This document shows, one piece after another, positions 12,946 to 25,379 of a DNA stretch of 64,000 bases. The DNA is taken from contig NC_043005.1 in assembly GCF_006345805.1 (NCBI RefSeq), forward strand, positions 96,968,001 to 97,032,000. Reading direction: 5' to 3'. This DNA comes from Octopus sinensis (lineage: Eukaryota). Made by a program: the position numbers and the translations under genes. The notes under the pieces were generated by a model. It had not been told where the DNA came from and searched no databases. It saw only the letters and a program-made list of their open reading frames with translations. Positions within the stretch are counted from its first letter, which is position 1. The number at the start of each line of letters is the position of its first letter.

Positions 12946-13225
12946 AATGCGAATTAGATTACAGAGACAAGTCATCAATAGAGATGTAAAAAATACCAAA
13001 AGTTTAACATGTAAGTACACATGCACATATTTAAACATGCAAACTACATGCATGAATGCACATGTAGAACAAAACATACAGATCTGTAAACACACTGATT
13101 CCATGTATGTATTAATCATTTAAATATATATGAGAATGTCTGGATATGCAACTATATGCATGAGAATACATACATAAAGCAAAACATACAAATCTGCGCA
13201 TATACATACATGCATACATTAACTG

Positions 13226-13497
13226 GCACTTCGTCAGTGGCGCAAACCAGGGTCCCATTTGATTCGATCAACAGAACAACCTACTCGCGAAATTAAAATG
13301 CAAGTGGTTGATCACTCCATAGACAGGCGTACCCTTAACGTAGTTCTTAGGGAGATTCAGCATGACACAAAATGTGACAAGGCTGGACCTTTGAAATACA
13401 GGTACAACTCCTTTTTTGCCAGCTGAGTGGACTGGAGCAACATGAAGTTTTCAAACTCATGACCTTACGAATACCTTAACCACTACGCCACCCGCCT
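13226..13497 (-). mobile_element. SINE with tRNA-like head, family C-type core and family D-type tail
   Basis: Minus strand reads GGCGGGTGGCGTAGTGGTTAAGG head, GTTGCTCCAGTCCACTCAGCTG core, then TGTACCTGTATTTCAAAGG...GAACTACGTTAAGGGTAC tail shared with 20020-20404. Confidence 0.8.
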
Positions 13498-13498
13498 T

Positions 13499-13561
<63 letters not shown>

Positions 13562-13616
13562 ACACACACAAACACACACACACATACATGCGTAGAAATA
13601 AAACAAAACAATAATG

Positions 13617-13647
<31 letters not shown>

Positions 13648-13689
13648 GTTGTTATATGGTTGTGAAAAAGGAGAAAGCTATAAACCAGA

Positions 13690-14105
13690 CTAGCAACATC
13701 TCCATCAATGATTTGACTGTTTCCCCAATATCTGATGAGGAATGTTACAGGTATCTAGGGTACCTGTAACAAAACACATGTCCCTAAAGAATATCACAGT
13801 CGAATAAATAAAATGTGGACTTCAAAACTCTCTGCATTCAATAAAACAGTGGCCCAAAATGCGTTTGCAGTGCCAGAACTCATACCAACATTTGGGCTGT
13901 TTGATTGGACGCTTGATGAGATCCGAGCCATTGATGTGAAAACCCGAAAAATACTAAGAAGCACACATAATTTCCACATAAACAGTGACGTAGACTGCTT
14001 CTACCTAAAACGAACACAAGGAGACAGAGAAAGCTAATTTGAAGACTACAGGTCCAATCCATCATTGGAACTGTAAAAATCTGTAAAACTTTCCAGAAAT
14101 TTATC
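13690..14105 (+). mobile_element. R4/Dong-like LINE, RT thumb region
   Basis: YRYLG...EYHSRINKMWTSKLSAFNKTVAQNAFAVPELIPTFGLFDWTLDEIRAIDVKTRKIL...HINSDVDCFYLKR. Confidence 0.85.
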
Positions 14106-14453
14106 ATTTAAATATATATAATGTCTAGATAAGCAACTATTTGCATGAGAATACATACATAAAGCAAAACATACAAATCTGCACATATACATACATGCAT
14201 ACACTCATGCATACATGCATACATACATGCATACATACATGTATACATACATACATACATACATACACACACACATAATGCATATATACATAAATACATA
14301 CATACATACATTCATACATACAAACAAAATACCCTGTTGTTGGTGTTGAAATTTCAATGAAGGAGCCTTGAATCTAGGTTAGAAACCGACTCTTTATCTA
14401 TTAGTAAGAAATCTTGAAATAAAACTGAACAATGATATACATACATACATACA

Positions 14454-14488
<35 letters not shown>

Positions 14489-14829
14489 TGTCAATTTGTT
14501 GGTGATTGAATTCAAGTCAGCGAAGAGGAAATTAAATCTTAAAGACAAAACCACAAACACACATATCAAGTTGTGGTCCCGCAGTGTGTGACTGGAGTTT
14601 TGGCGGCGTATAACCGGTTCCTTAGACAAGTTAACATAAAACGGAAGGATACAACTCATCACTCTGATGGCGGAAGGGAAGAGAAAAAGAGGACACATGG
14701 AAATTACCGAATATTTACACATACGTAGATGCATCCGAACATACATAGATACATAGTCACACACACATACCAGTTTATATATATTTACATATATTTACAT
14801 ATATATATCATATATTTACATATATAAAT

Positions 14830-15010
14830 ATACCAGTAATAATTTGTGCACTTTGGTTATGTGAGTAAATGCCTAGGTGACAATTTGGATAAGTTAGGTT
14901 TCAGAAAAGAAATCAACCAGGTAACTCGTGCATTATAAATTTATTGTTCCATCAGTGGAACAATAAAAATCTGAAAAACTTTTCTCAAGTTTAAAGTGTG
15001 AATTTGTTTT
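14830..15010 (+). mobile_element. R4/Dong-like LINE 3' end fragment
   Basis: IPVIICALGYV...NLDKLGF; homologous to 12790-12945. Confidence 0.6.
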
Positions 15011-15932
15011 TGTTATCTACATACTACTAATAGAGCTTTGTATCTTTGTTAGAAACCAGCTGCTTCCTTACACGAAGTTTTCAAATAATTAAAAATAGAA
15101 GATAACATACATACACACATACATGCATAATACATAAATAGATACATACATATACAAACATAGACGGACATACATACCTACATACGCTGATTACAGTTCA
15201 AGGCATTTTTCACCTGGGTCAGTACGAGAGAAAGAAAAAAAGAGAAAGAAAAAAGAAAGAAAAAATGAAAAGTGTGCGTATGGGCGTGAACATGAACAAA
15301 TGCACATACTTGCACACATACACGTGAATACGTGCATGTGTGCAAGTATGTGCACAACCAAACTCCCCCGTATATACTAACGCAAGGAGAAAAGGACTAA
15401 GGGTGAGAGCAAACTTTTGAATGTATGCATCTATGTATGCACATCTATGCATAATATTTTACATACACATATGTATGCACATCTCTATACGAATGCATGA
15501 CGTGTGTCATGCATTCGTATAATATATATATTCATACATACATATGTATGTATGTATGTATATGTGTGTGTCTGAATATGTGCGCACGCGCGTGTATGTA
15601 CCTTACGCATCTCTTGCTTGGTGTGTGTATGTCTAAGAAAGCGTAACTCATTGGCTTACGTCGAACTCATTAGGCACTATTTAAAACATTGCATCAGAAG
15701 ACTACTGACCTTACCACCAGTAAGTCAAATTTCTAACAGTTACTGGTATATTCACTAATATATGTTGAACTAGAGTTTTATTACGACACTATACAACTAG
15801 TTTTCTACTTCACACGTATCGTTGACTAATTTCAAAACAATATTTTAAGGACTGTAGCACTGAGAAACAAATTTAAAGAAAGTGTTTTTTGTGCCTCAGA
15901 TTTTAGACTCGATTCTAGATATATATTCTCAC

Positions 15933-16223
15933 CATTGAATAAGAATATGATCTTCATTTATTTCTGGTGGCTCTAGTTTTTCGATAATGGCCTTATCAAT
16001 AAATGTACCAAAATCAGGTACTATCGCAATAGAGGAGTAGTTTTTCTGCCCTTCTCGGAGGAAAAGGATTTTGTATTTTGCAGCAATTTTCAAGGCTTGT
16101 CGATAACTAAAGTACGAATCCCGTACTGAGGGCAATTCTTTTTGTCTATTTGTCTATTTTCCTTTCTGGAAGAAGTTTGTTGTGATCAGAGGTGGAGACT
16201 GTGGTGATCAGACTGGGAGAGGT
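15933..16223 (-). other. Exon-like segment of an unidentified minus-strand transcript
   Basis: Acceptor atttatcttgtgtgttttAG before 16223 and donor CAATG|GTGAGA at 15932. The 3' part has an open protein-like frame (ELPSVRDSYFSYRQALKIAAKYKILFLREGQKN...EKLEPPEINEDHILIQW), but that frame has stops further 5'. Confidence 0.3.
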
Positions 16224-16606
16224 CTAAAACACACAAGATAAATTGTATGTCAAAATGTAACCCCCTACAACTTCATCAGGAGTTGAAAGTCTCAAGGCAA
16301 AGTAAACTACGAGGACACATATGTTACTAGAATGGTTAGACTAACATAAAAGTTGTTATACTACGTTTTTGCATCGGTGGATCTCGAAGCAGATAAATAG
16401 TAAATTAGGTAAATTAGGTAAAAAAATCTCATTGGATAGAAAATGTCGAATTGAAAGCTGTTCGATGTACTCGAACATGTATCACCTGATTCGTGCATAT
16501 GGAGACACAGATGCTTGCATACAAAAATACACACATGTGCGCATGCATATATACACACATACACACATGCATACACAAACACACATAAATATATGCGTAC
16601 AGTGAA

Positions 16607-16950
16607 GGCGCATGGCTCAGTGGTTAGAGCGCCGGGCTCACAATCATGAAGTAGTGAGTTCGATTTCCAGACCTGGCTGTGTGTTGTGTTTTTGAACAAG
16701 ACACTTTATTTCAGGTTGCTTCTGTTCACTGAGCTGTAAAAGTGAGCTTCGAAGTCACAGGTGCGAAACTGTATCGGTCCCTTTGCCTTTCCTTCGGACA
16801 ACATTAGTGGCGTGAAGAGGGGAGGCTGGCATGCATGAGCGAGTGCTGGCCTTCAATAAATATATTTGCTCGGATTCGTGGGGACTTGCTAGGTGGAACT
16901 TTCTAGGTGTAATCCTATGGTCATTCATGACCGAAGGGGGTCTTTACCAT
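16607..16950 (+). mobile_element. tRNA-derived SINE, family C
   Basis: A-box GGCTCAGTGGTTAGAG, B-box GAGTTCGATTTCC, then GTTGTGTTTTTGAACAAGACACTTTA core; homologous to 50486-50700. Confidence 0.85.
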
Positions 16951-17761
16951 TTTATCTTTTATATGAATACACGTATGTATACATATACAAGTACTATGTA
17001 TGTTCCTACATACATAATACATATGGGGATACATACATAGTTCCTATATACATACATGGAGACACAGACACGTACAAAATATGTTTGGTAGACTTCGAAC
17101 GAGGCCACAGCTGAGAATACAGTCGGCTGCTCTCAGCGCATGACTAGAGCATAATATTGTCGACCTCGAATGAATGAAAGGAAAAATTGATCTCAGAGGG
17201 ATTTCAATTGAGAACGTAAAAAGACGTAACAAAATATCACTTGGCTACATTTTCTCCGCCTCTTTACCAAGTCAACCATCTACTGCCCCTCTTCCTCTAT
17301 TGCTTTCTTCCCGTCTCCCCAAGCTCTTTAATATGTTAGACACTTGAGACGTTTGCGAAGTAAGCCATTTTATGTTGACAGATTTAGACAGCAATAATAA
17401 CTAACACTACCAGCACCACCACAACCACCACCACCACCACCACCACCACAACAACAACAACAACAACGACAACAAAAACTGCTGCAATGACTGCACAAGC
17501 GACAGTGGCAGTAGTAGCTATGAATGTAAATTAGAAGTGTTTGGTTTGTCAACTTTTGCGACAGCGTGTGAATTACTGTGCAGACATGCATACAAGACAA
17601 TCGTTGTGTAGCTGGCTTTTGAATGGAATGAGTGCTTGGTAAGGCATAGTAGAATATATGTATTAGAAATGTGCATTAGAATACTGGTAATACAAGACGT
17701 TGTATATGATAGACTAATAGGGGTGTGTATGTGTGTATAAGTATATATGTATATACGTATA

Positions 17762-17842
<81 letters not shown>

Positions 17843-18372
17843 CATATATATATGTTTTAGCTACGGCACTCTTGAATGCTACTGGTAATATGTGACGCAG
17901 TACAACCTGTTGCATAGTCAGGTCGTCGGCAACTAAACTAGTAACCCCATCAAGCCAGCTTGGTGAGGACGGGGTATAGAACCCCCTGTGGGGAAAAAAA
18001 AGCAAGACCTGTCAAAGGGCAGCAGAGCCCATGACAGCTGGCGGTCATTCAGTTGTGTGAAAATATGCTTATTTCAAATCGCTTATGTATTGTACGCACT
18101 CGTTTAGGGGAAACGTCTAAGAGAAGGCACTCTGAAATCAAACCTACAGTTGATGTAGCTATCACTCATCTTGCAATGCAATTGGATTCCAGTTACTGAT
18201 TCTTAGAGAGTGGGATATGTGTTGTGTAATATATCTGGACTGTCTTGCCTCTCTATTAAGTTTCTGCGTGCAGACTTAACTTGTTGAAGGCGCACAGTCG
18301 TAGGGTTTTGAGAGCACACAGACGTAATGGAAATTATTGCAGACGGTTGTCATCTGTCAAAATGAAGCGATC

Positions 18373-18883
18373 ATGTATGTATGTATGTATGTATGTATGT
18401 ATGTATGTATGTATGTATGTATGTATGTATGTATGTATGTATGTATGTATGTATGTATGTATGCATGCATGTATGTATGCATGCATGCATGTATGCATGC
18501 ATGCATGCATGTATGTATGTATGTATGTATGTATGCATGCATGCATGCATGTATGTATGTATGTATGTATGTATGTATGCATGCATGTATGTATGTATGT
18601 ATGTATGTATGTATGTATGTATGTATGTATGTATGCATGCATGCATGTATGTATGTATGTATGTATGTATGTTCTTGGTATGATTTTAAATTGCATGCGG
18701 TAGTGGGGCCCTGGTATAAGGCTTTCAGGAACGTGGTATCACCTCATAATCACTATTGTTCTCAGGTCCACTCTGAGTTAGAATTGGCCTTACTCGGTCT
18801 TACTCGGTTACGAGTTGACTTCAACCATACGTACATACATACATACATATATACATACATGCATACATACATACATACATATA

Positions 18884-18917
<34 letters not shown>

Positions 18918-19145
18918 CATACATACATACATGCATGCATGCATGCATGCATGCATGCATACATACATACATACATACATACATACATACATGCATGCAT
19001 ACATACATACATACATACATACATACATACATGCATGCATGCATGTATACATACATACATACATACATACACACATACATACATACATGCATGCATACAT
19101 ACATACATACTACATACATACATACATACATACATACATACGTAC
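18373..19145. repeat. Two oppositely oriented tetranucleotide arrays, (ATGT/ATGC)n 18373-18672 and (ACAT/GCAT)n 18826-19145
   Basis: Directly visible; source of the YVCM/HTYI ORFs. Confidence 0.95.
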
Positions 19146-19185
19146 GTACGTAGTACGTTTGTATGCAGGTATGTATGTACAAATG

Positions 19186-19216
<31 letters not shown>

Positions 19217-19399
19217 ATTCAAAAATCCCGCACCTCGCCAGGAGTTTCAGTTGTTGATTGGAAGAGGGATGCACAAGACTGAAATGGATGGAGGAAAAGA
19301 GTGCAGAGTGGTTGTTTGAAGTTTGAAAGAGAGGGAATAAAACAGGAGAAGATCAAGAGAATGTTTAGAAAGAAGGAACCTGTGGAAAATGAGGGTGTT

Positions 19400-19590
19400 G
19401 CGTGTTATGTGTGTGATTTGTGTGAGGAAATGCTTGAATCATGCCGGCCTGGTCAGCCCTCAGAGAGCTCATAGGAATCAACTCTTGTAAATTGTGATAT
19501 GGCTATGTGCAACCTGTGGAAAGGTGTACCTTTCAGTTGGAGGATTGAAAAGGCATGTCAAAAGACTTCATACTGTATTTCAAAGGACCA
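19400..19590 (+). mobile_element. RTE (BovB-like) LINE C-terminal C2H2 zinc-finger remnant
   Basis: CVICVRKCLNHAGLVSPQRAH and LCATCGKVYLSVGGLKRHVKRLH. Confidence 0.6.
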
Positions 19591-19750
19591 TCCTTGTCAC
19601 ATTCTGTGTCAAGCTGAATCTCCCTGAGAACTATGTTAAGGGCTGAACAACTGTGGAGTGCTCAACCACTTGCACGTTAATTTCACGAGTAGGTTGTTCC
19701 ATTGATCGGATCAACTGGAACCCTCGTCATCGTAATCGACAGTGCTACAG
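19590..19750 (-). mobile_element. SINE family D-type tail fragment
   Basis: GTCACATTCTGTGTCAAGCTGAATCTCCCTGAGAACTATGTTAAGGG...GATCGGATCAACTGGAACCCTCGTC matches the reverse of 20020-20220. Orientation is opposite to that copy. Confidence 0.7.
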
Positions 19751-20019
19751 AATATTCTTTGTTTGTTTGTTTCTTCCCTCCTTCCTTCCTTTTCTCTCTT
19801 ACACATAATCTCGAAGAAACTAGCGAGGTTTTATATCAGCAGACTGCATGTAGTGAAACCTATGAGTTTAAATATGATTGTGTAACGTGGGGGATAAAAA
19901 AAATGGATACTGACGTTTCGGAGAGGCTAACTCTTCGTCTGGGAGAAACTTATTTCTCTCGACATTTGTTCACCATAAACTAACACAACTGTCCCCCCCA
20001 CCACCACTACCACTACTGT

Positions 20020-20404
20020 GTGGAAGCACTCTGTCGGTTACGACGATGAGGGTTCCGGTGATCCGATCAACGGAACAGCCTGCTCGTGAAATTAACGTGT
20101 AAGTGGCTGAGCACTCCACAGACACGTGTACCCTTAACGTAGTTCTCGGGGATATTCAACATGACACAGAGAGTGACAAGGCCGGCCCTTTGAAATACAG
20201 GTACAACAGAAACAGGAAGTAAGAGTGAGAGAAAGTTGTGGTGAAAGAGTACAGCAGGGATCACCACCATCCCCTGCCGGAGCCTCGTGAAGCTTTAAGT
20301 GTTTTCGCTCAATAAACACTCACAACGCCCGGTCTGGGAATCGAAACCGCGATCCTACGACCGCGAGTCCGCTGCCCTAACCACTGAGCCATTGCGCCTC
20401 CACA
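20020..20404 (-). mobile_element. tRNA-derived SINE, family D (young, full length)
   Basis: Minus head GGAGGCGCAATGGCTCAGTGGTTAGGGCAGCGGACTCGCGGTCGTAGGATCGCGGTTTCGATTCCCAGACC has intact A and B boxes. Confidence 0.9.
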
Positions 20405-21184
20405 ACTACTACTTGTACACTCAAGTATAACATACACTTCCACACCTGTAAAAATACCACCACAACCTCACCGCTACACTCTTTCACAACTACCACACCA
20501 CCGGTGCTCGTACATCATCACTACTACCACATACCACGCTAACACACCAGGAACACTACCAGACACTACTGTCGCCTATAATATACCACACACTGACATC
20601 ATCATCAACAACGGCAACAATAACTATCACCACATTTGCACCAAGTATATCATGTTTCGACAGTTTAGTAAACTTTTAGTAAACTTTGTAAAAAATTCCC
20701 GTAAAGCCATTATTGTGATCGACAATCGAATTTGATTTCTGCAGGTCAGAGAAAATGTAAGATAAATGTTGAAGAACACTTATGTAACCAGTGCAACGTC
20801 TGAGATAAGTAAATTGAATTAAGATAACAACAGACAAAAATTCTATACTAAAGCGAAACGACAATTCGGAAAACTAAATTTAGCTAAAAAATTGCATTTA
20901 TCTTTGAAAGTGTAATAACCACAAAGCCCTCTCCAACCACAAAACCGCAACCACGACAAAAATGCAAAAAGAAATTCTAAAGAAGTGAAGAATGATATTA
21001 AAATTTAATGTCGGATTTAATTTCGAAATTCATAGATTTTAATTTCTGGGGTTGGATGACTGTCTTGGTGGTCGGCTACCGGCAAAATTGGTGAGAGGGT
21101 TTTTAGTAAAAAAAAAAAAAATCTAGGCATTTTGTTTTTGCATCATATGTTCAAATCAAGTCGGATCTGAACACATGTTAGCAT

Positions 21185-21241
<57 letters not shown>

Positions 21242-21450
21242 GAGAAAAACCACTATTATGTAATTCAAACAATGATAGATGTAAATCACACCATATAGAA
21301 AAAATAAAATATATGATAAAAAATTATCTAGATCACAATAAAGTATATAATAATAAATAAACAGTATATAATTGTATATATAAATTTATATATACAGTTA
21401 TTTACAATTATATATATAATTATATATATATATATAAATATATATATATA

Positions 21451-21680
21451 TGAAACCTTAGCGACTGAAGAAGGGGATTTTTCGTTGTGCTTATTGTCCT
21501 GTATCTCTCTCTTTTTTTTTGCTTGTCTTGTTCCTTGGTTTGTGTCTATGTTTTTCGTCTCTCTATGTGTTCGACGTCTTTTGGTGTCCTGTACACATAT
21601 ATGCGTGTATATGTACATGTAGAGGTAGGTACGTACATATATGTTTATATATATGCATATGTTCTATTTTATTAACATAT
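21451..21680 (+). repeat. Near-identical ~230-bp copy of 22315-22545
   Basis: By eye the two copies differ only in a T-run length and a TA-run length. Confidence 0.95.
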
Positions 21681-21749
21681 TATACGACTAAACGCACGCA
21701 CCCTATTAAGTAAGATTGTTCTGTTTATCAAGTTAGCCTTGATATTAAC

Positions 21750-22491
21750 TCTCACGCGACTCTGCATCTTTCTTTCTTTCTCTCCCATTCCCTTTTTCGT
21801 CTTTTTTCCCTCACTTAACTTGTCTCTTCCTCTCTCTCTCATTCTTCATTCTCTCTCTCCCTTTCACCATTCTTCATGGTCTCCTCGCACCATTCCCCTT
21901 CTTCTCTCTCTCTTCCTCTTGCTCCTCCTCCCCCATTCCCGTCGTCCATCTGCGACGATACTTCCGTCGTAACTGCTATCCTGTCTTTTCTCGCCCGCCT
22001 TCTAAGGCTACTGGTCGACATTTTTTCTCTCTCGTCGTCCACTATAATCCAGCGTTTGCAATACTTTTTTCGTCTGGCGTTAACAGCCCTTCTTATCTTG
22101 TTCTCCTTGTCCTGTCTCTCACTGTTATATATTTATTTTTCCACTGTTTATATATATATTTTTTACTGTTTATATGTTTGTACTGTCGTTACCGTCTTGC
22201 TTTTTTTACTCCTCTGCGAAAAGATCTCAGAATTTTAATTGATTTGCTTTTCGCAGGAAGGAAGTTTTCTTCGAAGTATACGTCTCGCTTTTATCCTTCG
22301 AAACGTTTAGTAGATGAAACCTTAGCGACTGAAGAAGGGGATTTTTCGTTGTGCTTATTGTCCTGTATCTCTCTCTTTTTTTTTTTTGCTTGTCTTGTTC
22401 CTTGGTTTGTGTCTATGTTTTTCGTCTCTCTATGTGTTCGACGTCTTTTGGTGTCCTGTACACATATATGCGTGTATATGTACATGTAGAG
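21750..22491 (+). other. Putative promoter / non-coding first exon of the Ig-domain gene (5' boundary uncertain)
   Basis: Non-repetitive, CpG-containing, pyrimidine-rich stretch ending in donor GAG|GTAGGT at 22492. The matching acceptor ttctagattctacttAG at 22877 lies 26 nt before the ATG. Confidence 0.4.
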
Positions 22492-22538
22492 GTAGGTACG
22501 TACATATATGTTTATATATGCATATGTTCTATTTTATT

Positions 22539-22590
<52 letters not shown>

Positions 22591-22778
22591 ATAATATATA
22601 TATATATAATATATATATATATATATACTAAAAAATATATACGCTTTATTTATTATTTTGCAATTTACTTAATCATCGATATATTATTGTTATTTTATTT
22701 TTAATATTTCTATTATATGTAATTTTCTAGATGGTGTAATTTAATTGTTCATTTTGAATTGATAAAAGGTGTTTTTTC

Positions 22779-22825
<47 letters not shown>

Positions 22826-22903
22826 AATCCGATTCTCTATTTTGATTTTGTTTTTCTTTTTTCTAGATTCTACTTAGGATCATCTGACAACCATCTCTCA
22901 ACA

Positions 22904-23023
22904 ATGGTATCTGGTACTTTAATCACCCTTCTCTCTTTATTGCTTGTCCTGCCCAACATGGACGCTTCTAATACAGTACCGGTGGTACAAGGCAGTGCTG
23001 ACGTCCCCACAAATGGGACCCAG
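22904..23023 (+). CDS. Ig-domain secreted/membrane protein, first coding exon (signal peptide)
   Basis: ACAATGG Kozak-like start; MVSGTLITLLSLLLVLPNMDASNTVPVVQGSADVPTNGTQ with a hydrophobic h-region; consensus donor CAG|GTAAGT, phase 0. Confidence 0.85.
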
Positions 23024-23239
23024 GTAAGTATCCGACTGAACAAACTGTTATTTTTCTTCACCTCCCCCCTCCCTGCCTACCCCCGTCCTTACTTCTTATT
23101 AGTCCCGAAAGCCCTGTAAAGAGTCATGAGTATTATACTCACCCACTGACTAAAGCATATACACACACACAAACAAAAAAAAAAAACATCGAAACGTATT
23201 TCATGTGATTCTACTAATTAATTTATACACCTTCTATCA

Positions 23240-23665
23240 TGGCGGCGTGCTGACAAAATCGTTAGCACACCGGGCGAAATGCTTGACAGCATTTCGTCCG
23301 TCTTTATGTTCTGAATTCAAATTCTGCCGAGGTTGAGTTTGGCTTTCATCCTTTCTGGTTCGATAAAATAAGTATTAGTTGAGCCCCGGTGTCGATGTAA
23401 TCGACTAGTCCCTCCTTCGAAATTATGTCCTTGTGTCAAAATTTGAAATCAATTTATATAATCTCTTTAAAGTGCTGAGATGGCAGAATCGTTACCGCGC
23501 CGGACAAAAATGCCCAGCGGCATTTGTTTTGGTTTTACATTCTGAGCTCAGATGTCATCGAGGTCAACTTAGCCTTTCATTCTTTCAGGATCAACTGAGC
23601 ACTTGGGTCGATGTAATCGACTAGCCCCTTTCCATAAACATTTCAAGCCCTGCGCCTATTGTATA
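23240..23665 (+). mobile_element. Two tandem family A SINE copies (23240-23455, 23472-23665)
   Basis: Both have the GCAGAATCGTTA-type head, the TTCAAATTCTGCCGAGG or equivalent B-box region, and the GGTCGATGTAATCGACTAG core. Confidence 0.85.
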
Positions 23666-24242
23666 ACTTAAAACGCCTTATATAGAGATAGCCTCTTGTG
23701 GATCTAACGAAAAAGGTTTTTTACAATCGCTGGAACTGCTAAAAATAGTAATCCAATATCTATGGAATCACATCTTCCGACGTGGGTGAGTCTACGAAGA
23801 ATCACGTAGTGACTTCATCATTAGCTAAGTACCAGTAATAAGATTGATTCCACCGAGTGGATTCATCGTTGGCTGAGTACCAATAATATAATTAATTGCT
23901 TTCATAAAATTGAATATATTCTTCAACTACAAGTCTATGGGGTTGTATACAAAACCAATATTAAATTGTTGGTAATTTAATACTGACACCTACCTAGGAT
24001 GCACTTTCAATCATTTTAGGTAAGACGATATGAACTGCTGCCTTTTCTGTCGTTGCTCAGTATCAGACTGAATTTTATTTATGGAAATTTCTCCAGACAA
24101 TTCCTTGATTCTTCGCCCCTGTAATTTGCTTCGCAACACCTAGCGCTCCTATAATAATCACAACTTTTCTTGTTTCCTATATTCCACACCTTCTATATTT
24201 CAATCTCCAGGATTTGATATTTACCTTTTTTTTCTTTTTTAA

Positions 24243-24403
24243 TTGTTTCCATCATTGGACTGCAGCCACGATGGGGCAACGCCTTAAAGGCGAATCCAGT
24301 ATTTATTTTTTTAAAAGTCTGGTGCTTCTTATTTTACCGAACCATTAAGTTGTGAGGACATAAACAAGGCAACATAGGTTGTCAAGCAGTGAGGGGTGTG
24401 TGC

Positions 24404-24474
<71 letters not shown>

Positions 24475-24620
24475 CGACAGCCTTCCACAGAGTGTCCGTC
24501 AACTACATTTATTCACAAACCATTGACCGGCACAGCCTTATAGTAGGAGACACTAGCCCGAGGCATCGCGCAGTGGGATTGAATCGCTGTAAGGCGAGCC
24601 TCTTCGCCACACTACACCGC
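24243..24620 (-). mobile_element. SINE family B (degraded) with internal (CA)n expansion
   Basis: Reverse of the 38620-39047 layout; (CA)n at 24408-24470 occupies the internal linker. Confidence 0.75.
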
Positions 24621-24757
24621 CTAAACAGTTTTTCTGACCACTAAAGTTTTATCATTATTCAGCTAAGTTACACCAGTCAGTGTACAAGACAGTGTTCCCT
24701 TCTATTTTATTATTATTGTCTCCTTGTTTGTATATGTATCTGCATATTATTGAGAAT

Positions 24758-24979
24758 CTTATTTCTCTATTGCCCACATAGAGGAGAAAAACAAGGACAT
24801 ACAAAGGGATTAACCGATTACATCCACCCCAGTTCGTAACTGGTTCTTAATTTATAGACCCCGAAAAGATGAAAGGCAAAGTCGACCTCGGCGGAATTTG
24901 AACTCAGAACGTAACGGCAGACGAAATACGGCTACGCCATTCGCCCAGCGTGCTAACTTTTCTGCCAGCTCGCCGCCTT
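24758..24979 (-). mobile_element. SINE family A with 13-bp TSD
   Basis: TSD TATTATTGAGAAT at 24745-24757 and 24980-24992. Confidence 0.92.
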
Positions 24980-25189
24980 TATTATTGAGAATTTTACCAT
25001 TTATATTTTTACTAGAATCACCAAGTAATGGTTTAAGATTTTTCTATATCTGGGAGTTTTACTTCATTCCATATCTTCCAGTAAGCGTTAGATAGCATAG
25101 AAACATTGTTCTGTCGTTTAATGTGTAATACGTATATAGAAAGACAAATAAATACAAGTAGCCTTAATGCGTATATATTTACATGGCAG

Positions 25190-25379
25190 ATAGATATCGC
25201 TGATGAATACTACTCGGTATCATCTATACTAAACTTATTGTGTGTTCGCCCACATACTGTACACACAGAGTCGTGGCTAGTCTCGGGCAACCATCTAGCA
25301 AATGTCGTCGACGATCTCAGCAAACAGGCGACAGATGCAGTATTTTGGCTGGGCATTCTGCTTCAGAATTACTCTTTTG
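25190..25379 (+). CDS. Ig-domain protein, second coding exon (Ig strands A-E)
   Basis: Acceptor tatatttacatggcAG in phase 0; IDIADEYYSVSSILNLLCVRPHTVHTESWLVSGNHLANVVDDLSKQATDAVFWLGILLQNYSF-G; L-x-L-x-C...W-x-x-x-G-x-x-L pattern; donor G|GTAAAT, phase 1. Confidence 0.8.

Noticed and set aside
20330-20404. Possible tRNA genes (also at 16607, 38620, 48234 and 50486)
   Set aside because: A and B boxes are present, but each runs directly into a repeated SINE body and tail, some with TSDs. They are SINE heads, not tRNA genes.
21839-22042. Minus ORF MDDEREKMSTSS...
   Set aside because: Its composition reflects the (CT)n-rich putative 5' region of the plus-strand gene; no splice donor or domain support.
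25190-25379. C-type lectin interpretation of GNHLANV...VFWLG
   Set aside because: The phase-matched next exon supplies G-R-F-F-C at Ig spacing, and no CTL WxD/EPN-type half exists downstream on the same strand.
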